The notes under the pieces: model-generated
The model's input: only the letters and a program-made list of their open reading frames with translations
The model's database searches: none
What the model was told of the DNA's origin: nothing
Program-made: the position numbers and the translations under genes
Part shown: positions 39,171-49,209 of the stretch, one piece after another
How positions within the stretch are numbered: the first letter of the stretch is position 1
Layout: the number at the start of each line of letters is the position of its first letter
Assembly (NCBI GenBank): GCA_050248855.1
Contig: JBFWRP010000025.1
Coordinates: forward strand, 1-64,000
DNA from: Planctomycetota bacterium
Lineage (GTDB): Bacteria; Planctomycetota; PLA2; JAEUHO01
DNA length: 64,000 bases
Direction: 5' to 3'

Positions 39171-40889
39171 CTACCTCACCGCGTCGCGGACGTCGTCCGC
39201 GGCGTCGTCGATGAAGTCACCGATGCGGTCGAAGATGTTCTTCTTCTTTTTCTTCTTCGGCGCGGACTCGGTCGCGACGGCAGGCGGAATGACCGCGGCG
39301 TCCTCGCTGATCAGCTCGATCTCGGGCGTGGCTTGAATGCGTTGCGGATCGTCGATCGGACCGACGACGATGCCCACGGGCGAGCCCCACGGAACCCTGG
39401 AGCCGGCGAGAGGTCGCTGCAGCGTGACCTTGCCCGCGGGGTCGATCAACCGAGCGCGAAGCGGCATGCCCAGCCCGCGAAGCACGTTGGTGGCCTGCTC
39501 CTTGTTGAGCCCGAAGAGACTCGGCATCGGCACCGCGCCTTCGCGATCGAGCGGCAGCACGACACGGAAGTGCACGGCGTCCCCTTGGGCAATCGGCGTG
39601 CCCGCGGCGTCCTTCTGCGCGATCACCGTCCACGCCACCAACCCGTCGCGCGCCACGTACCAAGGGTGCGGAACCAGGTTGCCCTTGATGATCTCGGCGG
39701 TGGCCTGCGTCACGTCCATGCCGATCAGGTCGGGCGTGGGGCTCATGCCCGCGGGAACCACGTCGGGGACCGTCGGCGGCGTCGGCGCGTCCGCACCGGG
39801 CGCGGTCGGCGGTAGCGTGCCGTACGGCGACGGCGCATCCGCGAAGCCGCCATCCCCCACGGGCGGGAGCTCGGCCTCGGGCAGCACCTCGGGCACCGCC
39901 GGGCGCGCCGTGCCGCCTGCGACCTTGAGGTAGGCGTCGTCGCCGGCCGTGGCCTCGCTCCCCGCTACGGGCATCTGCAGCAGCACGACGCCCTGCGGGA
40001 CCGAGGCATCGGCCACGCGCAGGACCTCCGGGCGCAGGCCGATGCGCGCGAGCGTGCGCATGGCCTCTCCCTCCGGCTTGCCCATCACGTCGGGAATGCG
40101 GACGCGCGAGCCGATCGGCATGTCGCTGGCGGGCAGCTGCATGTCGGGACGAACCGCCACGGGCGGCGCGTCGGCGGGCGGCAGCGCGGGCGGCGCATTG
40201 GAGCCAGGGGCCACCGCCGGCGGCGGCAGATGCGTCGGCGGCAGGTCACCTCGCACGGGCGGCTGTGCCGGAATCGGAGCAGGCTCCACGGGGACGACCG
40301 GGCCGAGCGACGGACCGCTGCTCCCGGACGGTGCGCTCACGAGGTTCTCGGCCGCCTCGGGCGTGCCGGGGTCGCCGGGCAGCGTGCGCTCACCGCCGAG
40401 CACGCCGACCACGACGTAGACGGGCGCACGAAAGAGCGTCTCTTCGCCGGCGCTGGGACGCGTGGCGAGTACGCGGCCGGCGCGCGCGGCGGGAACTTCC
40501 ACGCGCGTGACACGCACGTCGTAGGCGCGCCCCAGGGCCGCCAGCGCATCCTCGGGCGGCAGGCCGACCACGTTGGGCATGGTCGTCTTCACGCGGGCGG
40601 TGACGCCCACGCGGACCGTGACCGTGGCTCCGGCGCCCAGCACCTGGCCCGCCAACGGGTCCTGTTCGGCGATGCGTCCGGCGTCGGGGCCCGCGACCTC
40701 GATGACCCTCATGCCGAAGCCGGCCCGGCGCAGGGCCTCGGCGGCGTCCTCGACGGGCTTGCCCGTGACGTCGGGCACGGATCGCTCCTCCGCCGCGAAG
40801 GCGGACGGGCCCACGACGAGCAGCGGAGTCGCCAGGAGCAGGCACGCGGCGAGGGCGAGGGAAACGCGCGGCAGGGTGGGAGTAGCCAT
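39171..40889 (-). CDS. Secreted multi-PASTA-domain protein
   Basis: Signal peptide; repeated VPDVTG/MPNVVG/IPDVMG/PDLIG/MPSLFG PASTA starts separated by Pro-rich linkers. Confidence 0.82.
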   Translation of the reverse strand: MATPTLPRVSLALAACLLLATPLLVVGPSAFAAEERSVPDVTGKPVEDAAEALRRAGFGMRVIEVAGPDAGRIAEQDPLAGQVLGAGATVTVRVGVTARVKTTMPNVVGLPPEDALAALGRAYDVRVTRVEVPAARAGRVLATRPSAGEETLFRAPVYVVVGVLGGERTLPGDPGTPEAAENLVSAPSGSSGPSLGPVVPVEPAPIPAQPPVRGDLPPTHLPPPAVAPGSNAPPALPPADAPPVAVRPDMQLPASDMPIGSRVRIPDVMGKPEGEAMRTLARIGLRPEVLRVADASVPQGVVLLQMPVAGSEATAGDDAYLKVAGGTARPAVPEVLPEAELPPVGDGGFADAPSPYGTLPPTAPGADAPTPPTVPDVVPAGMSPTPDLIGMDVTQATAEIIKGNLVPHPWYVARDGLVAWTVIAQKDAAGTPIAQGDAVHFRVVLPLDREGAVPMPSLFGLNKEQATNVLRGLGMPLRARLIDPAGKVTLQRPLAGSRVPWGSPVGIVVGPIDDPQRIQATPEIELISEDAAVIPPAVATESAPKKKKKKNIFDRIGDFIDDAADDVRDAVR

Positions 40890-41290
40890 GCGCAGACCTC
40901 CGGGGGGGAAACGGGTTCCGAACCAGGTTGTCGTACACGAAACCCGGGCCAGTGGACGGCAGGAGCGTCACCGGGCGGTCCACGCCCACGCCCGGGCCTG
41001 GTGGATGGGCCCTTGACGCCCACCGTAGCCTGCGGATACGCCATGGCGGGAAGGCGGCGCGTACGACGCGCACATGTCGGCGCCACGGTGTCTTCCAGGG
41101 CACTCCGCCGCGAGGGCGCCGGGGCCGAAGGGGGCCGTGGGCACGGCGAGCATCCGGGCCGGACGCGGTCTGCCGACCGCGGCGGACCCGGAGTCGGGCT
41201 GGCCCGTGGCCGAGCCGACGACCCGGTGGCCGCCGCAGGAGGGCCTGGGCGACAGGCTCCGGGCACCGTGACCGCCCGCCCGGCCCGTGC

Positions 41291-42295
41291 GTGGTCGTCC
41301 GTGCCCCTGGTTCGAGGCGGGGGCCGGAGACCGCCGTGCCCCGCACCGCCCCGCGATCGCTCTACCGTGTCCCGCCCGCTGCCCCTCCCTCCCGCGCCCT
41401 GGCCGTCGTCGGGCACGTACCTCTCGACGGCTCCCCTGCCCTGCAGGGGGCGGCCGTCGTCCGGGAGTCGCTCCCCAGCCACGACCCGCGCGCCGCCGAA
41501 TCGGAAGGGCGTCTCCCGGCGTGTGCCCTCGGTCGCCACGAACGCGCGCTCCTGCACGCCGACTTCCTGCGCGCCCGATCCGGCTGCCCACGTTCCTTCC
41601 GCCGCATCGCCGACCGCATGGCGCCGCGCCTCGAGCGCCACGTGAAGCGCTTGCTGCGCAGCGACCCGGCGGCCCGCAGCGATGTCGTGCAGGAGGCCCT
41701 GCTCTCGGCCTGGCAGCACCTCGGCCAGCTGCGCAGCGGCGACCACCTCGTGCGCTGGCTGCACGTGGTCTCGCGCAACCAGGCCATCTCGCTGCTGCGC
41801 AGCACGCGGGCGCGCCTGCGGCGGGAGGGACGGCTCGAAGCGGGCAGCGTGCGCTTCGAGGCACCGGCACGCTACCGCGACGGCAGTCGTGCCGCGGAGC
41901 TGTCCTGCCTCCACGACGCCACGCCACCGCTTGGCGCCGCCGCCGGCAGCGTCCCCACCGACGACGTGCTCGTGGCGCTGACGCGCACCATCGACCGTTT
42001 GCCCGAGGGCTACCGCGCCGTCGTGCGCCTGCATCATCTCGAAGGGCTGGAGACGAACGCCGTGGCCGAGGCCCTCGGGCTCTCGCGCAGCAACGTCAAG
42101 ATGCGCCTTTGGCGTGCACGTCGCCTGCTCGCGCGCTGGCTGCCCGCCGAGGCCCACCGCATGGGCCCCGCGGCTTCCCGCGATCTCCAGGCCTTCCTCG
42201 AGGGCTTCGCCGCGTCGACCGCGCTCGACGATGCGTCTCGCGACGGAGCCAACCCATCTTGCGGAGGAGCGTCCGATGCGTCGCGCCCGACCTGA
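41291..42295 (+). CDS. ECF-type RNA polymerase sigma factor (start uncertain)
   Basis: Region 2 DVVQEALLSAW...WLHVVSRN; region 4 IDRLPEGYRAVVRL...VAEALGLSRSNVKMRLWRARRLL. Confidence 0.8.
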   Translation: MVVRAPGSRRGPETAVPRTAPRSLYRVPPAAPPSRALAVVGHVPLDGSPALQGAAVVRESLPSHDPRAAESEGRLPACALGRHERALLHADFLRARSGCPRSFRRIADRMAPRLERHVKRLLRSDPAARSDVVQEALLSAWQHLGQLRSGDHLVRWLHVVSRNQAISLLRSTRARLRREGRLEAGSVRFEAPARYRDGSRAAELSCLHDATPPLGAAAGSVPTDDVLVALTRTIDRLPEGYRAVVRLHHLEGLETNAVAEALGLSRSNVKMRLWRARRLLARWLPAEAHRMGPAASRDLQAFLEGFAASTALDDASRDGANPSCGGASDASRPT

Positions 42296-42782
42296 ACGCG
42301 TCACCCGCTACCTCGCTTGGCGCCAGCACGTGCCGCGACAAGCCTCGCGCGGCCTCCGTCGCACGCTGGCCCGCACGACCGCCTCCGCGCACGCCCAGGC
42401 GTGGACCTGGCATGCACGCTCGGCCCCCGCGGACGAGGCGCGCATGCCGGACGAGGCCGTGGTCGCGTTGCTGCATGCCCTGCGCACGCGTCGTGCGCCC
42501 CCTACCCGCGTCACCGACCGGCGCGCGCCCTGCGTGCTGCTGCTCGTCGCCGCCAGCGCGCTGGCCGGCTCGCTCGTCAGCACCTCCGCGGGCGGCCCCG
42601 CGGCCTCGCACCGCGCGGGCGCCGCCGGCTTGGAGGCCCTCGCAGCGCCCGTCGCGCCCCCATCCGGAGCCCCCCACCATGGCCCGCCCCTGCCCACACC
42701 CTTCACGGAGGCTCCACGCCGCGAGCCTGGCGCTGCTGCTGGCCACGGCAGCAGCCGCGATGTCGTCGCTTCCGACCGCTGA
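42276..42782 (+). CDS. Possible membrane-anchored anti-sigma-like protein
   Basis: Follows and overlaps the ECF gene; one hydrophobic segment (CVLLLVAASALAGSLV); weak support. Confidence 0.3.
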   Translation: MRRARPERVTRYLAWRQHVPRQASRGLRRTLARTTASAHAQAWTWHARSAPADEARMPDEAVVALLHALRTRRAPPTRVTDRRAPCVLLLVAASALAGSLVSTSAGGPAASHRAGAAGLEALAAPVAPPSGAPHHGPPLPTPFTEAPRREPGAAAGHGSSRDVVASDR

Positions 42783-43458
42783 CGCCGATCCCGCCGAGGC
42801 CGAGCGCCTCCATGCACGGGCCACGGCGTTGCGCGATGCGCCCTGGGCGCTGGAGCTGCGCGCCCTGCACGCCGTCCTCGATGCGGCGCGGCGTGACGAC
42901 GCCACGCGCCGCCGCGCGCTTGCGCGCTGGGCAAGGCGCCTCGAGGCCGAGGGCTTCGTGTCCGCTTCGCTGGCCGTGCGCGCTCGGGCCTTGACCGAGG
43001 CGGAGCCACGCTCCGACGCCGAGGCCTCCGCGCACGCCTCCCTGGCCCACGCGCTCGACGACGAAGCCGACCCCGCTTCGCGGCCGCTCCTCGAGCAGCT
43101 GCTCGAACGCCACGGCCGTAGCGCACCGAAGGTCGCAGGCCGCGCGTTGCGTGCGCTCGCCGACGACGCCCTCGAGCACGACGAGCCCGAGCGCGCTCGG
43201 CGGCTCGTGGACCTTGCCGAGCGCTACCGCCTTCCGCTTCCCGATCGCATGCGTGCGCTCGACGCCCTGGGGCGCCTCGTGCTGGCCCGCGGTGACCGCC
43301 GTCAAGCCGAACGACTGCGCGCGGCATGCGGCCGCTTGCACGACGAAGCGCTCGACGACCCCGATCCCCGCGTAGGCCGCACGGCGGCACGCCTCTGGCT
43401 GGACCTCCCCCTTGCCCTTGCGTTGGACGCGCATCCCGTCGAGGACCACCCACGTTGA
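42679..43458 (+). CDS. Hypothetical secreted helical-repeat protein
   Basis: Signal peptide ending ADA; Ala/Leu/Arg-rich helical pattern. Confidence 0.5.
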   Translation: MARPCPHPSRRLHAASLALLLATAAAAMSSLPTADADPAEAERLHARATALRDAPWALELRALHAVLDAARRDDATRRRALARWARRLEAEGFVSASLAVRARALTEAEPRSDAEASAHASLAHALDDEADPASRPLLEQLLERHGRSAPKVAGRALRALADDALEHDEPERARRLVDLAERYRLPLPDRMRALDALGRLVLARGDRRQAERLRAACGRLHDEALDDPDPRVGRTAARLWLDLPLALALDAHPVEDHPR

Positions 43459-43659
43459 GGGCCTGCTGGCACGGCCTGCCCAGGCAGGTCGACGCCCGCC
43501 CCTGCGGCGTCCTCCCGCCTGCGGACACCCCGGGCAGCATGCGCGCTCCGGGAGGGCCCAGGGCTACCCTCGCGCGCCCTGGGACCCGCGGGGCCGCGCC
43601 GGGCGCGTACCCGAGGTCGTCGCCGCTGGCTTCGACACGGTCCGGGCACGGGAGAGCCG

Positions 43660-44970
43660 ATGCGCATTGCGGTGGTGGGAACGGGCTACGTCGGCTTGGT
43701 GGCCGGCGTCTGCTTCGCGGACACGGGCCACGAGGTCGTCTGTGTCGACGTCGACGCGGGCAAGGTCGAGGCCCTGGAGGACGGTCGCGTCCCGATCTTC
43801 GAGCCGGGGCTCCACTCGCTCTTCGCGCGCGCGCGGCGCGAGGGCCGCATCGCGTTCACGCTGAGCCACGCCGACGCCGTGAAGGACGCCGCGGTGGCCT
43901 TCATCGGCGTGGGTACGCCCGAGGGCCCCGACGGCGCGCCCGTCATGGACTACGTGCGCGAGGCCATCGTCCCCATCGTCGCCAACGCCACGCAGCCCCT
44001 CGTGCTGGTCCTCAAGAGCACCGTGCCGGTAGGCACGGCGGCCTGGGTACGCGAGATCGTCAAGGAGCACGCGGTCCAGCCCGTCGAAGTGGTCAACAAC
44101 CCCGAGTTCCTGAAGGAAGGAACGGCCGTCGAGGACTTCCTGCGTCCGGACCGCGTGGTCATCGGCACGCGTTCGGACAGCGCCTGGGCCACGATGCAGG
44201 AGCTCTACGAGCCGTTCACCCGCTCCGGCGCCCCCATCCTGCGCATGAGCAACGAGGCGGCCGAGCTCACCAAGTACGCGGCCAACGCCATGCTCGCCAC
44301 ACGCATCTCGTTCATGAACGAGATCGCCCGCCTCTGCGACAAGGTCGGCGCCGACGTGCGTGACGTCGCGCGCGGCATCGGCTCGGACAAGCGCATCGGC
44401 AGCTCGTTCCTGCATGCGGGCTGCGGCTACGGCGGCTCGTGCTTCCCCAAGGACACCCAGGGACTGATCCACGTGGGGCGCCGTGCCGGCGTCGACATGC
44501 GGATCGTCACGGCCGTGGAGGAGGTGAACGACGAGCAGAAGGAAGTGCTCGCCGACCTCGTCGTGAAGGAGCTGGGCCAGGACCTGACGGGTCGCCGCAT
44601 CGCGCTGTGGGGCTTGGCGTTCAAGCCGCAGACCGACGACGTGCGCGAGGCACCCGCGTTGGTCGTGATGCAGCGCTTGACGGACCGGGGGGCCGAGGTC
44701 GTCGGCACCGACCCCGAGGCGCTCGAGACGTTCCGCCGCGTGGCCGGCGACCGCATGACCTACGCCAAGGACCCCTACGACGCGGCCCGCGGCGCCGACG
44801 CCGTGGTGCTCTGCACGGAGTGGAACGAGTACCGGACCGTGGACTGGGCCAAGCTGAAGGGCCTCATGCGCAACCCGGCGTTCTTCGACGGGCGCAACGT
44901 GCACGACCCGCGCGCGGCGAAGGCTGCCGGATTCCGCTACCGCGGCATCGGGCGCGGCCAGCCGGCCTGA
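43660..44970 (+). CDS. ugd: UDP-glucose 6-dehydrogenase
   Basis: GTGYVG, KSTVPVG, NPEFLKEG, GYGGSCFPKD and AFKPQTDDVRE motifs. Confidence 0.95.
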   Translation: MRIAVVGTGYVGLVAGVCFADTGHEVVCVDVDAGKVEALEDGRVPIFEPGLHSLFARARREGRIAFTLSHADAVKDAAVAFIGVGTPEGPDGAPVMDYVREAIVPIVANATQPLVLVLKSTVPVGTAAWVREIVKEHAVQPVEVVNNPEFLKEGTAVEDFLRPDRVVIGTRSDSAWATMQELYEPFTRSGAPILRMSNEAAELTKYAANAMLATRISFMNEIARLCDKVGADVRDVARGIGSDKRIGSSFLHAGCGYGGSCFPKDTQGLIHVGRRAGVDMRIVTAVEEVNDEQKEVLADLVVKELGQDLTGRRIALWGLAFKPQTDDVREAPALVVMQRLTDRGAEVVGTDPEALETFRRVAGDRMTYAKDPYDAARGADAVVLCTEWNEYRTVDWAKLKGLMRNPAFFDGRNVHDPRAAKAAGFRYRGIGRGQPA

Positions 44971-44976
44971 GCCTGC

Positions 44977-46338
44977 TCACGGGGAAGCGACGTCGTCGTC
45001 GGCCGCCTCCACCGGGCGGTGCACCACACCGCCGTGGGGTCGGATGCCCACGACGCGCAGCAGGAGGGCGCGCCGCGTGGGCTCTCCACCATCGGCCGGT
45101 CGTGGGATCACGCGGGGCGCGATCACGGCTACCACACCGCGCGCCGCGGCCGTCGCCGCGAACAGCCACGTGAAGCGGCGGTCGAAGAGCGCCAACAGCC
45201 ACGCGCCCACGAGCGACCCGCTCACCTGCATGAGGCCATGGAGCAGGTTCTGCGCCGCGAACACGTACGGTCGGACCACCTGCGTGCTCGAGGCCAGCAC
45301 GAGCGAGAAGTAGCCGACCTCGTACGCCCCCCACGACGCGCCGGACAGCGCCTGGGCCAGCACCACCACGAGCAGGCCATCGGCCACGAGCCACGGCAGC
45401 GGCACCGTCGCCACGAGCAGCACGGCCAGCGCATACACCGAGCGCGGGCCGTGCGCGTCGATGGCGCGTCCCCACGCGGGCAGCACGATCACCTTGGTCA
45501 GCACCACCGAGACGGACGCCACCATGTACTGCGCGTACGTGAAGTGCAGCCCGTCCAGCATGTAGGGCCCGAAGTACGGCGAGCCCACGTAGACCGTGAG
45601 CTGCACGGCCGCTCCGAGCAGCAGCAAGCGGCGCAGGCTCCGACCGCGTTTCGTGCCGAGGAACGTGCCGAGGCGCCTGGGCGGCGGCAGTCCCCGGAAC
45701 GGCGGCTCGGGCGAGAGCGCCAGCAGCACGCAGGAGGTCAGTCGCGCCACGGCCGCCACGCCGAAGACGGCGGCGAACCCCATGCCACCGGCCCCCGCCG
45801 TGACCGTGCCGGGTGCGCCTTCTTCCAGGCGATGCAGCAGGAGGCCGCTGGTGACCAGCCCGATGCAGGTGGCCGCGTACGTGAAGCGCCCCCGGCGGGC
45901 GAAGTAGCGCCCACGGATGCTCGCCGGCACCAGGTCGCCGTACCACGAGCTCCACGCCGTGCCAGCGCACTGACCGCCCACTTGGTGCAGTGCGGCCATC
46001 AGCAGCAGGGTCGTGGGCGTCATCCCGTGCGTGAGATGCAGCGCCACGAGGGCGATGAGCACGGTGGCCTGCGTGAGCGCGCCGGCCAACACCACCGGTC
46101 GACGCCGCGGCGAGCGGCGCAGGAGCGCCAACGCGGCGACCGAGCCGAAGGCGCCGCCCAGCAAGGGCAGCGTCACGACGAGCGCCTGCTCCAGGGCACT
46201 GGCCCCGAGCCGCACGGCATCGGCCAGGAAGTACGCGTCCCCGAACCCCACCATGACGGCGTAGAGCACGCCCTCGCCCACGGACAGCGCCATGGAGCGG
46301 CTGGCCTCGGGCACGGTGAGGGGTCGCGTAGACGCCAT
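44977..46338 (-). CDS. MFS transporter
   Basis: About 12 hydrophobic segments; WYGDLVP...RGRYFA and WGRAIDAHG loops. Confidence 0.82.
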   Translation of the reverse strand: MASTRPLTVPEASRSMALSVGEGVLYAVMVGFGDAYFLADAVRLGASALEQALVVTLPLLGGAFGSVAALALLRRSPRRRPVVLAGALTQATVLIALVALHLTHGMTPTTLLLMAALHQVGGQCAGTAWSSWYGDLVPASIRGRYFARRGRFTYAATCIGLVTSGLLLHRLEEGAPGTVTAGAGGMGFAAVFGVAAVARLTSCVLLALSPEPPFRGLPPPRRLGTFLGTKRGRSLRRLLLLGAAVQLTVYVGSPYFGPYMLDGLHFTYAQYMVASVSVVLTKVIVLPAWGRAIDAHGPRSVYALAVLLVATVPLPWLVADGLLVVVLAQALSGASWGAYEVGYFSLVLASSTQVVRPYVFAAQNLLHGLMQVSGSLVGAWLLALFDRRFTWLFAATAAARGVVAVIAPRVIPRPADGGEPTRRALLLRVVGIRPHGGVVHRPVEAADDDVASP

Positions 46339-46402
46339 GGGGCGGCCAGTCTGCCCGGCCCCTCCGCGCGGGCCCAACGCAACGTGTCCAGCGGGCGCGG
46401 GC

Positions 46403-47620
46403 CTACTTCGCCCGCGCCGCCTCGGGCGCACGCGCCAGGCGGATCAACGCGCCGGCGACCTGGTCGCACGCCTTCTCCGCCTCCGCCCCCCCCACGTTCG
46501 TGACGGCGAGCGCCGCAAAGCCCTCCTCGGGCGCCAGCCAGCAGACGCAGAACCACATCGTGTTGCTGCCGGCATGGGTCAGCACGGGCCCCTTCGACCA
46601 GCCGCGCTTGGTGACCTTCCACCCGCCGGCGTAGTCCTCGCCCTCCAAGGGCGTGTGCAAGCGCGCGAGGGCCTCCGGGGCGAGGAGCGGTCCCGGTTCG
46701 CGCCCCGGGCGCGCCACCGTGACGACGTGGCCCAGGTGCAGGGCGACGAAGCGACCCCAATCCTCCAGCGTCATCGCCGCGCGGCCCGCGGGCGAGAGCG
46801 ACGGCGGGTTGTCCCCGTCCAAGGACGGCGGCACGGGCACCAAGGCCTCGCCGACACGACGATGCCCCCACGGTTGGTCGACAACATCCGGGGCACCCGG
46901 CGAACCGAAGGCCGCGGACGTCATGCCGAGCGGCGCGAACAGGTGCTCGGTCGCCAGCGTCTCGAAGTCACGGTCCAGTGCCCGCTCGAGCGCGGCGCCC
47001 ACCAGGTCGAAGCCCATGTTCGAGTACTGGAAGCCGGCATCGAGGGCACGGGCCGGCGCCGCGCCGAGCACCTCTTTGGCGATCCGCGTGCGCTGCTGGC
47101 GCGGGTCCACCTCGCGCTTCCACAACCACGACCAGAGCGGCCGCGGGTACGCCGTCACGAGGCCGCCCCGGTGCGCCAGCCAGCGGCGGAGCGTGACGCC
47201 CTCCCACCCACCGTCGAGGTCGACGTCGGCGAACGCATCCCTTACCGGGGCATCGAGATCGAGCGCGGTCTCGGCGGCCACGATCTCGGCCAGCGTCGCC
47301 GTCATGGCCTTCGTGCACGAGCCGAGATGCCAGCGATCGCCCACCGTCGCCGCCGCCTCGTCCCCTGCCTTGCGCACCCCCACCGCCGCAGCGCGCGTCG
47401 GCTGGCCCAGGCGCACCACGGCGCCACCCAGTGCGGGGATCCCGGCCTTCTCGCGCAGAGGCCGGAGCAGTGCGGCGATCTCCGCATCCCCGGCGGGGCT
47501 CGCCTCCGGCTCTCCAAGGGCGAGACGGCCGCTGCCGGCCACCAGCGCCAAGAGCGCCACCAGCGCAAGCCGGCGCGGAACGAGGTGGAGGAACCGGCAA
47601 GGACTCTGGATCGCAGGCAT
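46403..47620 (-). CDS. Serine hydrolase, beta-lactamase class C/AmpC-like family, exported
   Basis: GSCTKAM (SxxK), LAHRGG, FQYSN and HAGS motifs; signal peptide. Confidence 0.87.
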   Translation of the reverse strand: MPAIQSPCRFLHLVPRRLALVALLALVAGSGRLALGEPEASPAGDAEIAALLRPLREKAGIPALGGAVVRLGQPTRAAAVGVRKAGDEAAATVGDRWHLGSCTKAMTATLAEIVAAETALDLDAPVRDAFADVDLDGGWEGVTLRRWLAHRGGLVTAYPRPLWSWLWKREVDPRQQRTRIAKEVLGAAPARALDAGFQYSNMGFDLVGAALERALDRDFETLATEHLFAPLGMTSAAFGSPGAPDVVDQPWGHRRVGEALVPVPPSLDGDNPPSLSPAGRAAMTLEDWGRFVALHLGHVVTVARPGREPGPLLAPEALARLHTPLEGEDYAGGWKVTKRGWSKGPVLTHAGSNTMWFCVCWLAPEEGFAALAVTNVGGAEAEKACDQVAGALIRLARAPEAARAK

Positions 47621-47684
47621 CCCGGCGAGTCTAGGCCCCGCGCGGCTCGGCGCCGCGCCCGCGGCCCCGAGCCCCGGACGCCAA

Positions 47685-47712
47685 TTGACCGCCGGGGGCC
47701 CGCTCCTACAAT
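47685..47712 (+). promoter_or_regulatory. Sigma70-type promoter for tRNA-Asp
   Basis: TTGACC-16 nt-TACAAT immediately upstream of the tRNA. Confidence 0.7.
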
Positions 47713-47729
47713 CCCGCCCCTGCATCCGC

Positions 47730-47808
47730 GGGGGTGTAGCTCAGTTCGGTTTAGAGCGCCGGCCTGTCAAGCCGGAGGTCGCGGGTTCGAGTCCCGTCAC
47801 TCCCGCCA
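47730..47808 (+). tRNA. tRNA-Asp(GTC); probable prophage attachment site
   Basis: GGGGGTG acceptor / CACTCCC-G-CCA; CCGGC CT GTC AA GCCGG anticodon arm; GGTTCGAGTCC. Confidence 0.95.
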
Positions 47809-48126
47809 CTATCGCTGCCCGCACGGGGCCAGTTCATCGCGTTTGGGGGCGATCGCCGTTTCGGCTCCCGACGCGCTCTCGGACGTAGGGATCCCCTCGT
47901 ACCAGCACCGGTGCTGGTACAGCGCAGAACGCGCTCTCAATCGACGCCCGATCCACGCCCGATCGCATCCCGATCACTCGCGCGCAGCACGAAAGAGCGC
48001 GCGTTGCGCGCACGCACGGCGAGATCGCGCCGAGGGTCGTTTCGCCCCCAGGGCGCGGGGAACAGCCCTTCATGGGTGTCCGACGCACGAGGTAACGTGC
48101 GCGCACAACGCCGGAGGTCGCGTCCC

Positions 48127-49149
48127 ATGCCTTGGCTCCGCTCTCGTACCGAACGCTCATCCGGGGTCACCACCTGGGTGGTCGAGTGGCGCGAAGGCGG
48201 ACGCGGCGGCAAGGTCCGCTCCCGCTCGCTCGGCGCCGTCACGGAGCAGGAAGCGGAGTACGAGCTCGCGGCCATGAACGCCGGCAAGAGCACGCGTCGC
48301 GGCACGCCCCAGACGACCACGCCGAAGACGGCGGTCGCGGGCTACCTGAAGCACCTCAAGGTCTCCGGGCGCCGGCAGGGCACGATCGACCACGACGCAG
48401 ACAAGTTGAAGCCGCTGCTCGACGAGTGGGCCGACCGCCCGATGGCGAGTTGGTCGCGCACGATGTTGGAGGGGCTGCTCGACGGGCGCGGCTGGTCTTC
48501 CTCACGCGTGCGGCAGGCGCTGGGCGTCTACCGCCGCTTCATCGGGTGGTGCGCGGCGGTCGGCTACGCCTGCGGCGACTTCGTGGGCGACTTCAAGCCC
48601 CCCCGCGCACGCCCGGCCGAGCACCGCGAAGCCCTCTCCGCGGAGCAGTGCCGCCGCCTTCTCGACACGGCCCGAGGCCACTACCTCGAGGTCCCGGTCG
48701 CCCTCGCGCTGTTCGCGGGCCTCTCGCGCGCCGACCTCCGGGCGCTGACCTGGAAGGAGGTCGACCTCGACGCGGGCCTCATCGCGCGCCCTCGGCACAA
48801 GACGGGGACGCGGCTGCGGCTCCCGATCTCTGCGCCCCTCAAGGAGATCCTGGAGCGCTACCGCCAGCGTTCGGGCCCGGTCTGCCGGCGCCTCCCGGAG
48901 TCGGACTCCTCCCTCTACAAGGCGCTCCACCGCCTCATGGACCGGGCCGAGGTCCCCCGGAGCGGCTGGCACCAGTTGCGGCACACGGCCGCCACGCTGC
49001 TCGCCGCCGCCGGGACGGACGTGGCCACGATCGGGCGGATCCTGGGGCATCGGCCGGGGAGCGTCGTTACGCTGCGGTACCTTCATACGGACGACGGGAG
49101 GCTTCGGAGCGCTGCGGAGGCGGTGGCACAGGCGGTGCGCGGTGCTTGA
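48127..49149 (+). CDS. Tyrosine recombinase/integrase
   Basis: AGLSRADL, RHKT, HQLRHT, ILGH and TLRY motifs; adjacent to tRNA. Confidence 0.9.
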   Translation: MPWLRSRTERSSGVTTWVVEWREGGRGGKVRSRSLGAVTEQEAEYELAAMNAGKSTRRGTPQTTTPKTAVAGYLKHLKVSGRRQGTIDHDADKLKPLLDEWADRPMASWSRTMLEGLLDGRGWSSSRVRQALGVYRRFIGWCAAVGYACGDFVGDFKPPRARPAEHREALSAEQCRRLLDTARGHYLEVPVALALFAGLSRADLRALTWKEVDLDAGLIARPRHKTGTRLRLPISAPLKEILERYRQRSGPVCRRLPESDSSLYKALHRLMDRAEVPRSGWHQLRHTAATLLAAAGTDVATIGRILGHRPGSVVTLRYLHTDDGRLRSAAEAVAQAVRGA

Positions 49150-49209
49150 CGTCCATCCGGAGGCACCGGCGTTCGGTTGCTCAGGCTACGGGCCGGAGGG
49201 GAGATCCCA

